A DNA stretch of 59,667 bases, the filler included, from Perkinsus olseni (lineage: Eukaryota): assembly GCA_013115125.1 (NCBI GenBank). It is 7 parts of 7 records of this genome, joined end to end, with 100 filler letters (N's around TTAATTAATTAA, not from the genome) between each part and the next. Parts side by side here need not be neighbours in the genome. Positions count along the whole stretch, not along the records: positions 8,593 to 17,066 come from JABANN010000967.1; positions 17,167 to 25,632 come from JABANN010000968.1; 5 more parts are not named here. The stretch is one strand, 5' to 3'. The translations under genes and the position numbers were made by a program. The notes below the pieces were generated by a model. It was not told the DNA's origin and made no database searches. It saw nothing but the letters and a program-made list of their open reading frames with translations. Below, piece by piece: positions 12,567-24,520 of the stretch (the first letter of the stretch is position 1; each line of letters starts with the position of its first letter).

Positions 12567-13661
12567 TTACTTGAGGTCAGCGATTCCAATTCGCTGTTGA
12601 CTCGGCTGGAACTCGAAGTACTTGCCGACCAAGATGAAATGCGGTAAGGTCCAAGTGCTTCCCGAGCCCTTTTTGATGGCAACCGTGCAGAAACCACCTC
12701 CTGTATCGCGGGCGTAATACAGACCACTTAGAAGAACAGGGGCGCTGCCTGAGGGGCCCAAGCCGAGCTCTATGGGTGGCAGGTACACGATGTGGTGGCA
12801 ATTGATTACGCAGGCCCCGAGTATAGGGATGTAGTCACAGTCGACTCTGAATCCAGCAGTAGCTGATGCTTGGTCGGTGATGGCCTTCAGGGTGGCATCA
12901 AAGTGGGTAGGGGGGATGACCAAGCCTTGTGTCCCAGTGTCTATGAGAGCAGGTTGGTTGATACCGATAGACTTGGGGCCCGAGCCGACTTGTAGAGTAC
13001 CCAGCGTGACTAAGTATTCCTGCTGGCTCGTGAGCGGTACATAGGTAAGGGGTGCTTTGTATAGCTTGGGATCACCGCCTCCGAGAAGAAGCTCTCCATA
13101 AGTCCGAATCGCGTTTGGAAATCTCCGTAGGTAGAGAGCGAAAGTCGCACTTGCTACTTTTCCTCGCAGCTGGTCCATAAGGGAGTGATAACCAGGCGTT
13201 GCCGCCATACCAAGACCAATGCTGTGAACTGGCGTTAGTACATCAGGGGGTGGATCTTGAAAATTGACAAGACCAAATGTGATACCATCAATGCTCATCG
13301 AGCCAGATCGAAGATTCCTACTGTGCGGGAATATATGGACTGTCGTTCCGTCTTCGAACTTAAGGTCCGTTATAGGGCCAACCGTACAGCTCGGGCACGC
13401 ATAAGCGCCCGTTAGGAGCAGAGAGCTAGCACCAGGATAGGTAGCACTGTCGTACCATTCTTTCCAAGTGAAGAATAGGGCGGATGATCCAGTGTCGACC
13501 TGAGCCCAAATCTGCTGATTATCCACCAATAGACCACCGGTTAGAACATAGCCGTATCTGGGTATGAAGTTATAGCCAGTATTCATTCTGAGTACTTGGC
13601 CATATGCACCTGAGAATACCCAAATTCCCACCTGAAGGACGAGTGCGAAGGTTTCGCGCAT
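12567..13661 (-). CDS. Secreted A1-family (pepsin-like) aspartic protease, intronless, 364 aa
   Basis: Signal-like N-terminus MRETFALVLQVGIWVFSGAYG. Both catalytic motifs are present (VDTGSS, LIDTGT), plus GELLLGGGDP and C-terminal YFEF...RIGIA. The ATG is conserved in the paralogue. Confidence 0.92.
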   Translation of the reverse strand: MRETFALVLQVGIWVFSGAYGQVLRMNTGYNFIPRYGYVLTGGLLVDNQQIWAQVDTGSSALFFTWKEWYDSATYPGASSLLLTGAYACPSCTVGPITDLKFEDGTTVHIFPHSRNLRSGSMSIDGITFGLVNFQDPPPDVLTPVHSIGLGMAATPGYHSLMDQLRGKVASATFALYLRRFPNAIRTYGELLLGGGDPKLYKAPLTYVPLTSQQEYLVTLGTLQVGSGPKSIGINQPALIDTGTQGLVIPPTHFDATLKAITDQASATAGFRVDCDYIPILGACVINCHHIVYLPPIELGLGPSGSAPVLLSGLYYARDTGGGFCTVAIKKGSGSTWTLPHFILVGKYFEFQPSQQRIGIADLK

Positions 13662-14664
13662 CGCAAAGGCTGCTAACCACAAGAAGCTGCTAACAGAATC
13701 CACTGGATTCAATCCAGCCGCCCAGCACGACAAGCAGCCCAACAACAGTCGAACTCTGAGTTGATGAGGAACGGTCAAGAGATCGCGAAGTAACGGTGGA
13801 GCATGCACCTGATGCTAGCTTTATGTAGTTCGTTAGTCGGTCCCGCACCGCAAGCAGAGCGAGAAGCCCTCATAATGCATACGTGCACTGCATGCGGATC
13901 AATCTATTGTGCGTTGTTGTCTACCCAAGCCTGTCGGCAATGAGAATTTTAGATCGAGCCCGCGCTGTAGGCAGGCAGGCACAGGTGCGTAGGCTACACA
14001 ACTGTGTCCACCTGCCTCTGGCATGGTAAGATCGATCGGAGTGGACTCACTGCCACTTCCAAGAGAGGGCCAACCGCGTTAGTGATTCACTGCTGCCATG
14101 CTGTTATCATACAGCCGCTGTGCACCTAGAGACAGCAGTGTAGTAACTAAAGACTGAACAGGGTTACTAGGCGTACAGCATTACGAGCTCGCTTTCGCCG
14201 CCAACAGATCGTAATGATCGAGACCATCACATCTTATGGTTGTTCGGTTGCTAGACTTTTACTTGCTGTAGTAGTGAACGCCATTGAAGTGCTGTGGCCT
14301 TGGCCGTACAGATACAGATTACTGCACACAAACTTTTGTGCGCCCATTGCCTCTGCGTATTAATTTCACTCACGCCGATTCTCCCTCGTAGGGTGTTTGT
14401 GTGAGTATGAAGTCCAACGCCGACAGTACGGTTTAGTTAGACTAGATCCGATAGCTACGAAGGGTTGCTACCAGGCTTTCGTCGCCATATGAAGGATTTG
14501 TAAAATACGATGCTCCCGTATAATGACGAGACACAATGAATAGAATCTGTACCGTTTCAGCAGTGAGATCGAACTCTTTCCCCAGCTGTAGTACTCAGTA
14601 ACCGAAGACCTCAAATGATTGCGCAGCTTTTGAGTTGTGCAACAAGGGGCTATGAGGGGTGAAC

Positions 14665-15031
14665 TGTTACCAGTCATGGCAAACCCAAGTACTTAAGACT
14701 TCTCAAGAGACTGTTATTAAGAGTACATCGTCATTAATCAATGGGCAACGCTAAGCTAAGATATGGGGACAGATGTCTTGTGTGCTGAGTGGTCAGGGAC
14801 ACTGGCCACCAGACACACAACACTGTTGCAGATGCCCTAGGTACTGTGCTTAACACAACAGCACAGAGTAAGCCGAGAGGCAGAATTGTACTTGCGTACA
14901 CCGCAACAAAATAGCTATGGTGGAATAGATCAACTTGGCGACCTATAGAAACATAGCAATACGGAGTTACACTGTACAGTACTCAAGGCAGAGACATCAC
15001 AGCAATGAAGGCAACAACATCACAGCAAACA
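14665..15031. mobile_element. Solo LTR-like insertion (367 bp)
   Basis: Absent from the paralogous site near 11610 (GGGGTGAAC|CCTCAATC). Ends are TGTT...AACA, flanked by TGAAC and CGAAC (5-bp TSD, one mismatch). Confidence 0.7.
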
Positions 15032-16328
15032 CGAACCCTCAATCAAGTCGACTCTCTGTAGCGTCCGAGAGAGCACTCTCTACGTAGTTCTCCAATCCAG
15101 CATAGACAAGATCAGGTGAGTTTTCGCCTTAGGCGGTAACGATTGCAAATGAGTGCAGGAAACACTGAGGGACTGTCGAGTGTCGACTCGAGGGTCTGAC
15201 GTCTGAGGCAAACGATATCATCATCCTTGTGGTGTCACCACGATGGTGATCGCAGTGAATGAACACGTTTCAAGTGGGGTATCGGGTTCGTGCTTCTACA
15301 TGCGGAGCGCAGTATTCACGTCGTAAGTGTGTGTGAGCCTAACCCTGTTAGGGGTTCTCTGACTGAAACTGAACTCATTGCAACTGAAGGCCAAGAAAAA
15401 GTCGTGTTGTCTCCCGCGCGCGGTGGCTGACCACTTTAGATGAAGCCCTGACCAACTTGATAGGACTCCGTAGCAATGTGATCTAACGAGGGGCCAATTC
15501 AGTCAGGCTTCACAACAGCACCAGCAAGAATGGAAGATTCACGATCGTCGACAGCGTGTACCTTGAAGATAGCTTCATGCAAATCGTGGATAGCGCAAAG
15601 ACAACCGAAGGCTAAGATGCTTCATCTAGTCATTCGAATGTACTACCAAATCGTACTACCTATCGTACCTAGAATCGAAGTAGCCCAGCAGCGAGGGTGC
15701 AATGTATGGAAGTCAGAGAAGAATCGTACGCATAGGGATATGGTAAGCGCTTCAGCACCTCTTCGGAGCAGCATCGATCAGCTCTCGAAGTAGGGCTCAA
15801 CTCAAGGCTGAAGCCTCCAGCCAGGGTAAAGCAGTATGTGAGTGCGTTTCGAGCGCCGAGCAAATTGCTTTGGGACCAACTGATTCGGTCTGAACTTTCC
15901 TTTACAGCTCTGGGGTCCTAGTATTTTGGTCTAGACCAGGACTGGAAATGGCGTACTTCGAACGTGAGAGTATCGGGAGCACCATGTGGGAGAGTTTGAC
16001 CGAGCCCCGCCTCAAGAACACGACTCAACATGCCATCAAGTCTCAAGATTGATAACTTACTACTAAGGCCTAGACCTGATGACTACTGACACGGCTTGGC
16101 CCGAGCGATAAAAGCTTGCTCACAGTTGGGCACAAGCGCACTAAGTGCGCAAAGACAGACTGGGTGACAGGTGACGCAAGACCCATTGGTGGGCATTCCT
16201 CAGGGAACGCCACAGTCGAGAAAAATCAATGATCTTCGGTTTCCAGGTCTGCCGGGTAGACGGGCAGGGCTGGCCATGGCTCTGCCCGCGCGTGATCCAC
16301 ATGCATGGACGCGGAGCATATGAGGACC

Positions 16329-16425
16329 GCTGTTAGGAATTCTTAGGACTCCTAAGAATTCCTAACAGCTGGTCCTACTATCGTTAGTGCTCCTAAGTTA
16401 GGAGCACTAACGATAGTAGGACCAG
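16329..16425. repeat. Two abutting perfect palindromes (20+1+20 and 28+1+28 bp); long-armed excision scar
   Basis: 16329-16369 and 16369-16425 are exact inverted repeats with 1-nt centres. The two centres reconstruct one 8-mer, CTTAGGAG. Confidence 0.9.
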
Positions 16426-16796
16426 TCCGCGATTGACGAACACGATAGGCCGGAAAGGCCAATATATGAAGGGCAACAGTTGCCCGGCAACTACTAGAAT
16501 AGCTAACTCGTAAGAGCGATCAACTTCGCATACACGCGATATGTGTACGCATATACGCCGAACCTAGACGGCTCTACTAGCAACTCTAACGAGGATGACT
16601 CATCGTCGATGGGTACCGACCAAGACGCGACAAAATTTTACTGATCTCGCAACTATACATGGCTTACCCACGCCAACGCCTTGCTGGCTCGCTGACTATG
16701 AGTAATCATTGGAAGTAAAGTTGTATCATTCATTGTATTTTGAGAAGATATCGCTGCATGCTAGCAGAAAGTCGTGTGAGGCAACCTTTCTCGACC

Positions 16797-16994
16797 TTAC
16801 CGTGATTGGAGGTCTGCGATCCCAATTCGCCGTTGACTCGGCTGGAACTCGAAGTACTTGCCAACCAAGATATAATGCGGTAAGGTCCAAGTGCTTCCCG
16901 AGCCCTTTTTGATGTCGAGCATGCAAACACCACGGCCTATAGCGCGGGCGTAGTACAAACTACTTATAAGTAGAGTGGCGTTGCCTGAGGGGCC
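16797..16994 (-). pseudogene. 3' fragment of a third aspartic protease copy, interrupted by an insertion
   Basis: Translates as GPSGNATLLISSLYYARAIGRGVCMLDIKKGSGSTWTLPHYILVGKYFEFQPSQRRIGIADLQSR*, matching the C-terminus of 12567-13661. Confidence 0.85.
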
Positions 16995-17066
16995 TAGAGG
17001 TGGGCGAGAGTACGGGTACGGTTTGGTACGGAGTACGGTACGGGTACGATTACGGTTCCGTACCCG
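16995..17066 (+). mobile_element. Putative hAT-type DNA transposon terminus, truncated by contig end
   Basis: Protease homology stops exactly at TAGAGGTGGGC, which resembles the hAT (T/C)A(A/G)NG terminus. Clustered TACGG and CCGTAC motifs follow. Confidence 0.5.
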
Positions 17067-17166
17067 NNNNNNNNNNNNNNNNNNNNNNNNNNNNNNNNNN
17101 NNNNNNNNNNTTAATTAATTAANNNNNNNNNNNNNNNNNNNNNNNNNNNNNNNNNNNNNNNNNNNN
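17067..17166. other. Artificial contig linker
   Basis: N44-TTAATTAATTAA-N44. Confidence 0.99.
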
Positions 17167-17597
17167 GAGCCTCCGTGGACATCAACACTGAGGTAACGGA
17201 AATCGTCTTTATTGACGTTGTATTCCTTCGTCTTGGCGTTAACCGTCACGTCCGTAGCGACGCTGCCGTACTCGTCCAAGTTGAAGTCACCGGAGTAGAT
17301 ACCAAATTTGGCAGTCTTGCGGGTATCGAAGAAGTCACCCGGCATAATATCAGTTATATCACCGACGTCACCCAATGCCCCCGACATGAAGTCCGTCATC
17401 TCATGGTGGACGCCACCCATACCCTGATGGTACAGATGATACAACATCTGCAGAGGGTCCAACAGATCGTGGCCGTGGTAATCGTCGCCAGAAGGAGGAT
17501 GAGGCATCTTCGTAGGCAGAATGGACTCCTCGGAGGTGTTATGGTCCTCGGCAGCGGCCTGCCACACACCAACGTAGAGAAGTGCAGAACGGAACAT
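17167..17597 (-). CDS. Hypothetical secreted protein, 5' part only (truncated by contig edge)
   Basis: ATG at 17597, signal-like MFRSALLYVGVWQAAA, frame open to the gap, His/Met/Asp-rich segment. Confidence 0.6.
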
Positions 17598-18111
17598 ATG
17601 CAAAATACTGTAAGACAGAAAACATTGTACACCGTAAGGTAGGATATCTAAGTAGTACTTAGTAAGTACACACAGACCACAGTCCGACCACTACTTTGGT
17701 TGAAAAGCAGTTAGGCTGCTCAGTAGCGTTAGTGAATTCCGATAATCGTTGGACCGACGGGTACACCGGACGAGCCGTTTCAGATGTGATATCCTTCGCT
17801 CGCCTCGACGGTTTCCAAGATACGCCGACGAAACGAAACCGCAGAGCAGTTCTTCACGGTCAGCTTCCCTCCGGCGGATGTAAAATTTCGCCAAGTATTT
17901 GGAGGGTTTCATCTCCATGGCTTTCTCGTGGCGTCCTATGCGCCGCCTAAGCCAGTTGTATTGCATGGGAACTCGTCTGGGCCTCAATTACTTTTGAAGA
18001 GGGCATCACCGAGAGTCGACGCTTCCATTATCACCCGACTATTGGTCTTTTTTCCATCATTAAAGCTCAACACCAGATATTGGTAAGATTAAATACTCAT
18101 CAGAAACATCA

Positions 18112-19990
18112 TCATCTGTTCAACTTCTTAGCTTGGAACACACCGTATCTGCAAGGAGCCACTCGACTTAAAACACAGTGGGACATCCCCACTGCATGAC
18201 TCCGTCCCTAAAGGCTTCGTGCATCCTCTCTATAGTGACTATCTCACGAATAGTCGACCACCACACTCGCGGCCTGAAAACAAAGGATTCTCAACAGCAA
18301 AGGGAAGGCTGGATGTAAACTCACCCGCGGAAAACGACGGGCCAAGGCCACCAAACCCCGACGAAGATTGAGTGCCTCCAGCTTGGGAGCGTCTGAGGCG
18401 TCCAGTCTCCCGACTTCACCTGCTGCATCGAGAGCCTCCTCCTAAAAGGTCGAATCAGCTGGCTCATCCCTCATGAAGGAGCAGCGCTCACTTTCGCAAG
18501 ATATCTCCGTACTCCTCGATGGAGATGAACATCGGATGAGACCATTCTTCGTAGAGAAAACGGAGAAGCCATCTGAAGGGGAGAAAATAACGCGACCCAG
18601 CCAAGAGAGAGTTCCAACCTTTGATGCTTCGTCAGAGACTTCCGCTCATTTGTTTCACACCAGGTCGCAATTATCAGTCGTCCACCGGGCTTCAACACTC
18701 GACACATTTCCTCGACGTACCTTGGCAAAAAGCGTCACTGCGCCACGAAATTACACTCACTTTTCCTTATCCGGAACATGTTCGCCGCACTCGCAGGACC
18801 AAACCAAATCGAAGGACTCTTCAGGAAACTCCATTTGCAGGGCATCCATCTTCCTGAATACCACCAGCATGACCGCGCGCCACGAAATTCACGGCGAGCC
18901 TCGCCTGAAGGTCACGTTCTCTAGTCTAGCCTCCTTGGTGATTTGAGTGGCTCTCTCCACTTGCGCATCCGATAGGGTGATGCCCGTCACCTGCTCGCCA
19001 CATATAAGGATACAGAGACACCTTCATCACAGCATCCTCACCTGCACGGCTTTGCCGTAGCGTTTAGCCATTATACGACTACTACCGCCGATACCACAAC
19101 CAACGTCCAGTATCCGAAGAGGCTCTGAAGCTGAATCGGAGCTCACACTTGTTGAGAAAATGCGACGACCGTGCCACCAAGGCTGATCCGAATGCAAACT
19201 AGAATTGCAACTATGTCAAATGCGAAACGGGACTTCCGCGGCTCCCACTGTCGAAACCCCTCACAAGAGGCGATGACCCTGAGCCCAATTAAGTTCGGGC
19301 TGGGCTATCCCGACGCCGGAGCAAGCCAAAACCTCAGCCGTGCCGTTGGAGGATTCCGCCAACATCACACGGCCATCCCATCCCATCCCATCCCATCCCA
19401 TCCCATCCCTCCTCACCTGTCTTGGCCAATTCCTTAACAGCAGCATCGAACCCTCCCCATTGGAGTAGTTCACCCACGAACGTTAACTTCTGCTCCTTGA
19501 ACATGGTCGTCCTGAGGGAGAGAGTGTTGCCGTAGCCGACTAATTAAGTTCACCTAAACGATGCCGCTACGACGAGGATGACACACTAAAGGCGCGGCGT
19601 CGTATTCATCCTCACAGTGCAGCAGCTATGCCCGTCATCATCATCATTGACACAATCCGGATACACCAACCGCATCAGGACACCTCTTATTATTCCAGCA
19701 GGTACACTTGACCAGGGACTCTATGAAACCATCATCACGATGGAACCATCCCTTGGCCTCCTCAGTAGTATACGCCCCTAGGTGGATATGCTCTCCCCAG
19801 AAGCTCTCCACCAGTCCTGTAGAAAACACTCCATTGCGGCAGCCTTCGCTTTGGAACGCCCTCACCATCGTTCGTCCACTTATCGTACTCGTCGCCAACA
19901 CCACCGTCGGGCCGATACCTGCCCATGACAACATCAATTGTTGACGAACCCGAGAGAGCATCAACGAATTTTACAGAAGTTGCACAGACA
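18112..19990 (-). CDS. Multi-exon SAM-dependent methyltransferase, cyanobacterial-type MPBQ/MSBQ or gamma-tocopherol MT family; 5' end not resolved
   Basis: Exon peptides in order: GVGDEYDKWTNDG, LVESFWGEHIHLGAY, LRILDVGCGIGGSSRIMA, VTGITLSDAQVERA, MDALQMEFPEESFDLVWSCECGEHVPDK, YVEEMCRVLKPGGRLIIATWC, FLYEEWSHPMFISIEEY, DWTPQTLPSWRHSI, MHEAFRDG, YGVFQAKKLNR*. Confidence 0.85.
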
Positions 19991-21479
19991 CTTGCACTGA
20001 CACGGATGTGCAGGAAAATCATTAGCGAGTGCCATGGCCACCAAAGGGGCCATGCCGTGCCTGATGCATCATCACCGTCGCCCACTTACGGCCGCGACCC
20101 CTTCTGAAGCAATGTCTGATAGGCCCACTTGGAAGCTAGGGCACAGGCGGAGACGGCCAAGGAGGGGAGATGATGATGGACGACTGTGAGGTAAAGTGGG
20201 ATGAGTAGCCACATGTTGTGCAACCTGCAGGGGGGATGGTCCACCAATCAGCCGATGGTCGATAGAGACTCACCCAGAGTATTCCAAGGCCGCCTGAATT
20301 TCCCGTTGAAGAGGTTTGATCGAACCACATACCAACAGCTGGGCCATCGGAACACTGAGAGAGGCAGCGAGGGCCGCTGCTGGTGACAGGGACATTAATT
20401 ACGGCCAAAATCAAAAAACTGCGACCATGGTGGTGGTGCTGCTGCTGCTGAAGAGCACATGTTCATGTTGTCTTCTCCAACAGGACGTCTTCTCCGCGTG
20501 GCTGTGCGGAGATACTCCTGGAGTGCTGCAAGCTAGGGCTGTTGGCGCAATGATGATGCCACCTGCATGATGATACCCAATACATGCCGCCGTAAAGGGG
20601 CTCGCAATGGGGGTACTACTGTATGTTGACCCATACCAGTATGGCGAGGCTGTAGCGACGTGTGATATACGATCCATGGGGGCTCCCTCCAGGATAAGAC
20701 ACACTCTCCCGTGCAGCCGATCGACAGGCTCAAGAGCATAGCAAGAAGCGAGCAGTAGAAAAGGCTAGTCATTCCACCGACATGCCATGATTCTGATAAG
20801 CCTCAGTTACCACAGAGAGCCGCACATGGACGCGGACGGTGGACTCCTGTGTTGTTGAGCCCTGGAAGGGAAAGGCCGCCAAGAAGCAGCCTGCAATTGA
20901 GAACCCCAATTAACCCCCACATCATGAATGATCCTCACCTCGGAGCTGGTCAGAGAGAGAGTCTCCGCTCCCTCTAGTGCACAGCTGGGACAAGGTGTAG
21001 TCGCCTGGCGCCGGAGGGACGAAGAATCGACAATTACCCAGGTACATGAAGGAACAGAGCATGCGTGTCGTGCATGCCAAGGAGCGTTGCTAGAATCTTC
21101 GAGGACGTCTCGGCACAACTCCCAATAGAGGTCGAACCCCCAAAAGCACTCGGGGAGTAACGTTGTGGGAGTTGATCTATTGTTCTCGCGGGCAACCCAC
21201 ACGATGCCAACTAGAGTTGACGCCAACGGGCCGGCCCTTACTCAGCCCGCCTCGTGGCCACTCGAGTTCCTCGTATCCTGATGTCGATCATGGGCCAACG
21301 TGAAGGGTCTGTGATGGCCAGGTGGAAGCCGAAAGAACATCTTAACGGAACTTTCGAGTCTGCCGCTGTCAGAAGGTCGGCCAAAACGGGCTGAAGAAAA
21401 AACAAATCGAACTGGTTCACCAAATCCCAACGTCAGCTGAAGATCAAGTTACAGCCTACTACGATGCCATTTTTGTCTA

Positions 21480-22772
21480 GAGCCAGCATCGACCAAAGAT
21501 ACCACATCCAGTCAGACGAAACAGCAGTCCCCATCTCACATAGCCATTATCATGCTCGGTAACCGGAGCGCCTCCCTTGGCTTCACCCTGCAGTATGATG
21601 TATTCCGGATTGGAGTCGTCTGTGGGAGGACACAATCGCCAAGAACAAGCCGCTGCCCTCAAGGGTGACACTCCTACCTACGGCAAGGCTCAATTCACAG
21701 CGTTTACCAAAGAGAGCGCTCAACTCGAATTTACACGTAAAACAGCGGAGGCCTCATCGACATACTGTAGTCGCTGAAAAATCGGGAGGCACTGCCAGGA
21801 ATATCAACGACGATGTTCCGTGTAATGATGAAGGTTATACTGCTTTTGCACAGAGGAGTGACGGACAAGATGCCAGACCAAGCTGCTACTGCGGCTGCTC
21901 TTCAGTACCGAAGCAGTACTACCGCTTCAATTTGTGAGACTCTTGAGCGAGATCGGGGATAAGGCCCATAACTATGTAGACCCTATGGTTCTCTAATGAT
22001 GTTAGAAAGGTCGATCGAACCCTCCAGGCCGGCAATAAAAGCATTGCTGGCCCACCCTACCGCCTCGACGGCCGTGATCTCCCCATTCACGTACAGCTGG
22101 GGTCGTCGGAGCCCTCGAGATAGCGAGCCGATACTGCTCCTGGATGGCATATACCGACCAAATACAACCACTTCGAATGAAAGCTTCAAACGCCCCTACA
22201 CCACCCACACCGGTACAGTTGCTACTAATAACTTACTATACTAAAACTGGCTACATATAGTAACTATAAAGACCCTCGTCCCACCGACACTCCCATCTCT
22301 GACAACTGACAACTCCAGCCACAGCACCATCAGCAGCACAGAAACCGTCACTTAGGCCACAGCGGCATGGAACCCTCACGAAGATGCCAGGCCTTGTCAT
22401 ATTTTATCCTCCACTCCATGAACCTTGCCAAGCCCGCAGCTTGCAGACTATGTTCCGCCTTCAGGCACGCATACTTGATGCTCACCAAGTCCCGCGATAT
22501 TCGGTCGAAGGAGGTCAGCCGAACTGGTATGAACTCCACCATTCCATCGACTATCGAACTCTCAAGGAACGTCCCTCCTGAGGAAGCCAGGCTGAGCTTC
22601 AACGCTCGGGCACCGCAAAGACCCGAAAACGGCAAGCCGACCAGATGCAGAGCAGCATGCAGCAGGGGCCCGGGGGGCAGGGCTAGGTTCACCAGCGCCA
22701 TCGAGGACGTCGATACTACGAACATCGACAGCCATTTGAAAGCTCGCAGGATCATCCTGACCAGCATAATGG

Positions 22773-22804
<32 letters not shown>

Positions 22805-24520
22805 CCAGGCCGCTACTACTTCCTCCGGGATGCTCTTGCCCACTCGATGATTTCGGCTGGGCCATGCTGTTGTGGGTCGTAATAGACCACCAATGATGGT
22901 CTGTCATCGGGCAAACCTCGGAAGGTTATCACTGCGCAGCGAAGTAGCGTCTTCTCTAAAGGATCGCAACGGGCCGACCTACGAACAAGTGACTAGGCTT
23001 CGACCCACTCAGATAGAAAGATACCCTCGATCGCTACGATCTTCAATCTAACACTCCGGCCGATCAGTATAGACGACATAGCATCACTTTCAACCATCCC
23101 AGCAGAGATCAGGTCATGTCGAATCATCGAGAAGCCTTGCACAATCATCTGTATACTACAACAGCAATGAGTACCGATTAATAAGCCCAGTAACAGTGTA
23201 ACGAGGCACATTAATCAGTGCTCTGCTTCTTACTAGAGCTTCTTATCTAAATACGTTTGCTCATTACTTGCACCCAAGGAGCCGTTGAGTTAAGACTAAT
23301 GGCTTGCTGTCCACAGCAACAACCTCGCACTGCCCTTGCTACCATTCATTCTCCAACCACCGCGCCAGTCGTACTCGTCCAGCCTCCCTCACCAAGTCCG
23401 CTACATCCAACTCGTCATTCAAACCGATCAGTCGATTTATCAGCGGGAACTGGCCAAGTCGTCCCTCTCGGATAGTGTAGACGACAGGCTGAGACCTCGG
23501 GAGAAGGTGATGACGGAAAAAATAAAGTCGAGCGACCGACATGTGGGTGAGAAGATCTCATCTGCCACCGAGTAACAGCGAGGACTATCGGTGATTGCTC
23601 GTACCAGTATCGCCCCTCAAAGGCTCCTTAGAACGTCCTCTTGGATGGAATAAACTAATGGATTTGGCCGAGCTTTGGCCGAGCTTTGTGAGCCGAGTGC
23701 GAATAGACAAGAAGCCGTCATCACGCGTGTTGCTCGGCATCGCCCTTAGAAGGAACCCAACAACATTCCCAGCCTGTCAAGTCGAAAAAGCAATAATGTA
23801 AATGCTCGTCGTCGGCTGTGTGAAACGGCGATTTCAGTAACTAGTGTCTGGTGCTGCTGCTGCACTTAGGCGATTTTACGGTTCAAGTCCAGCGCCCGGT
23901 GAAGACTGTTGAAGAACTCCTTAGCTGATATTACGTACGACGCAAAATTCATGTTGGCAACGAACCTGACAACAATCGATCTCCTGCATCATCACTGACG
24001 GCGTCTCTCACATCTCAGCGGCCTCCTCGGCAGTCACCAACTCGATGCCCACTAATTTGCATATACTGTCCAGCGCAGTCTTCAGCTGGGCGGGCTCCTT
24101 CAAGAGACGCTCTCCACTAGCACAGCCATCAGTAGCACCTACGAACATGCTCACCGCGGCCACGGACTTGGCAGGCTCCTACGTTTGAAGCTCTCCAGGC
24201 AAGCGACTTGGAAATCTCCCTGCTCTCTGAGAAGTCGGCCGAGGTTCTTCACGGCATTCTCATGCTGTTGAATGGTATCTTCACTCTGAATAATAGTATG
24301 ATTACAATCGACCAGCCGTTTCACTATATAACACTTCTTACATCAGCAGCAGTGACCCTTTCCGAATCACCGTTGGGGTCTACTACCGGGATGGCAGTGT
24401 TAATGACACTTCCCTGCCACTCCTCGGGGACCAACTGACCGTCCTCAATCGGCATAGTAACGAGTAAGTCAACTAATGATAGCAAGGTGCTTCGAACAGT
24501 AGTAAAAAGCTTAGTCGCTG
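21480..24520 (-). CDS. One or more multi-exon hypothetical protein genes
   Basis: Protein-like minus-strand ORF blocks (21983-22189, 22348-22767, 22993-23150, 24324-24460) separated by short intron-like segments. No motif recognised; boundaries uncertain. Confidence 0.4.

Larger units (their letters stand above)
11515..16994. repeat. Tandem ~4.2-4.3 kb protease repeat unit (11515-12790 similar to 14570-16994)
   Basis: Long near-identical blocks. Protease start codons are 4295 bp apart and stop codons 4230 bp apart. The second copy carries extra sequence. Confidence 0.85.

Noticed and set aside
13662-13808. Longer N-terminus of the protease in the ORF track
   Set aside because: The signal peptide and paralogue conservation point to the ATG at 13661.
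16329-16425. Rho-independent terminators or pre-miRNA hairpins
   Set aside because: Eukaryotic context, 1-nt loops and no U tract; the shared 8-mer at both tips is better explained as a repair scar.
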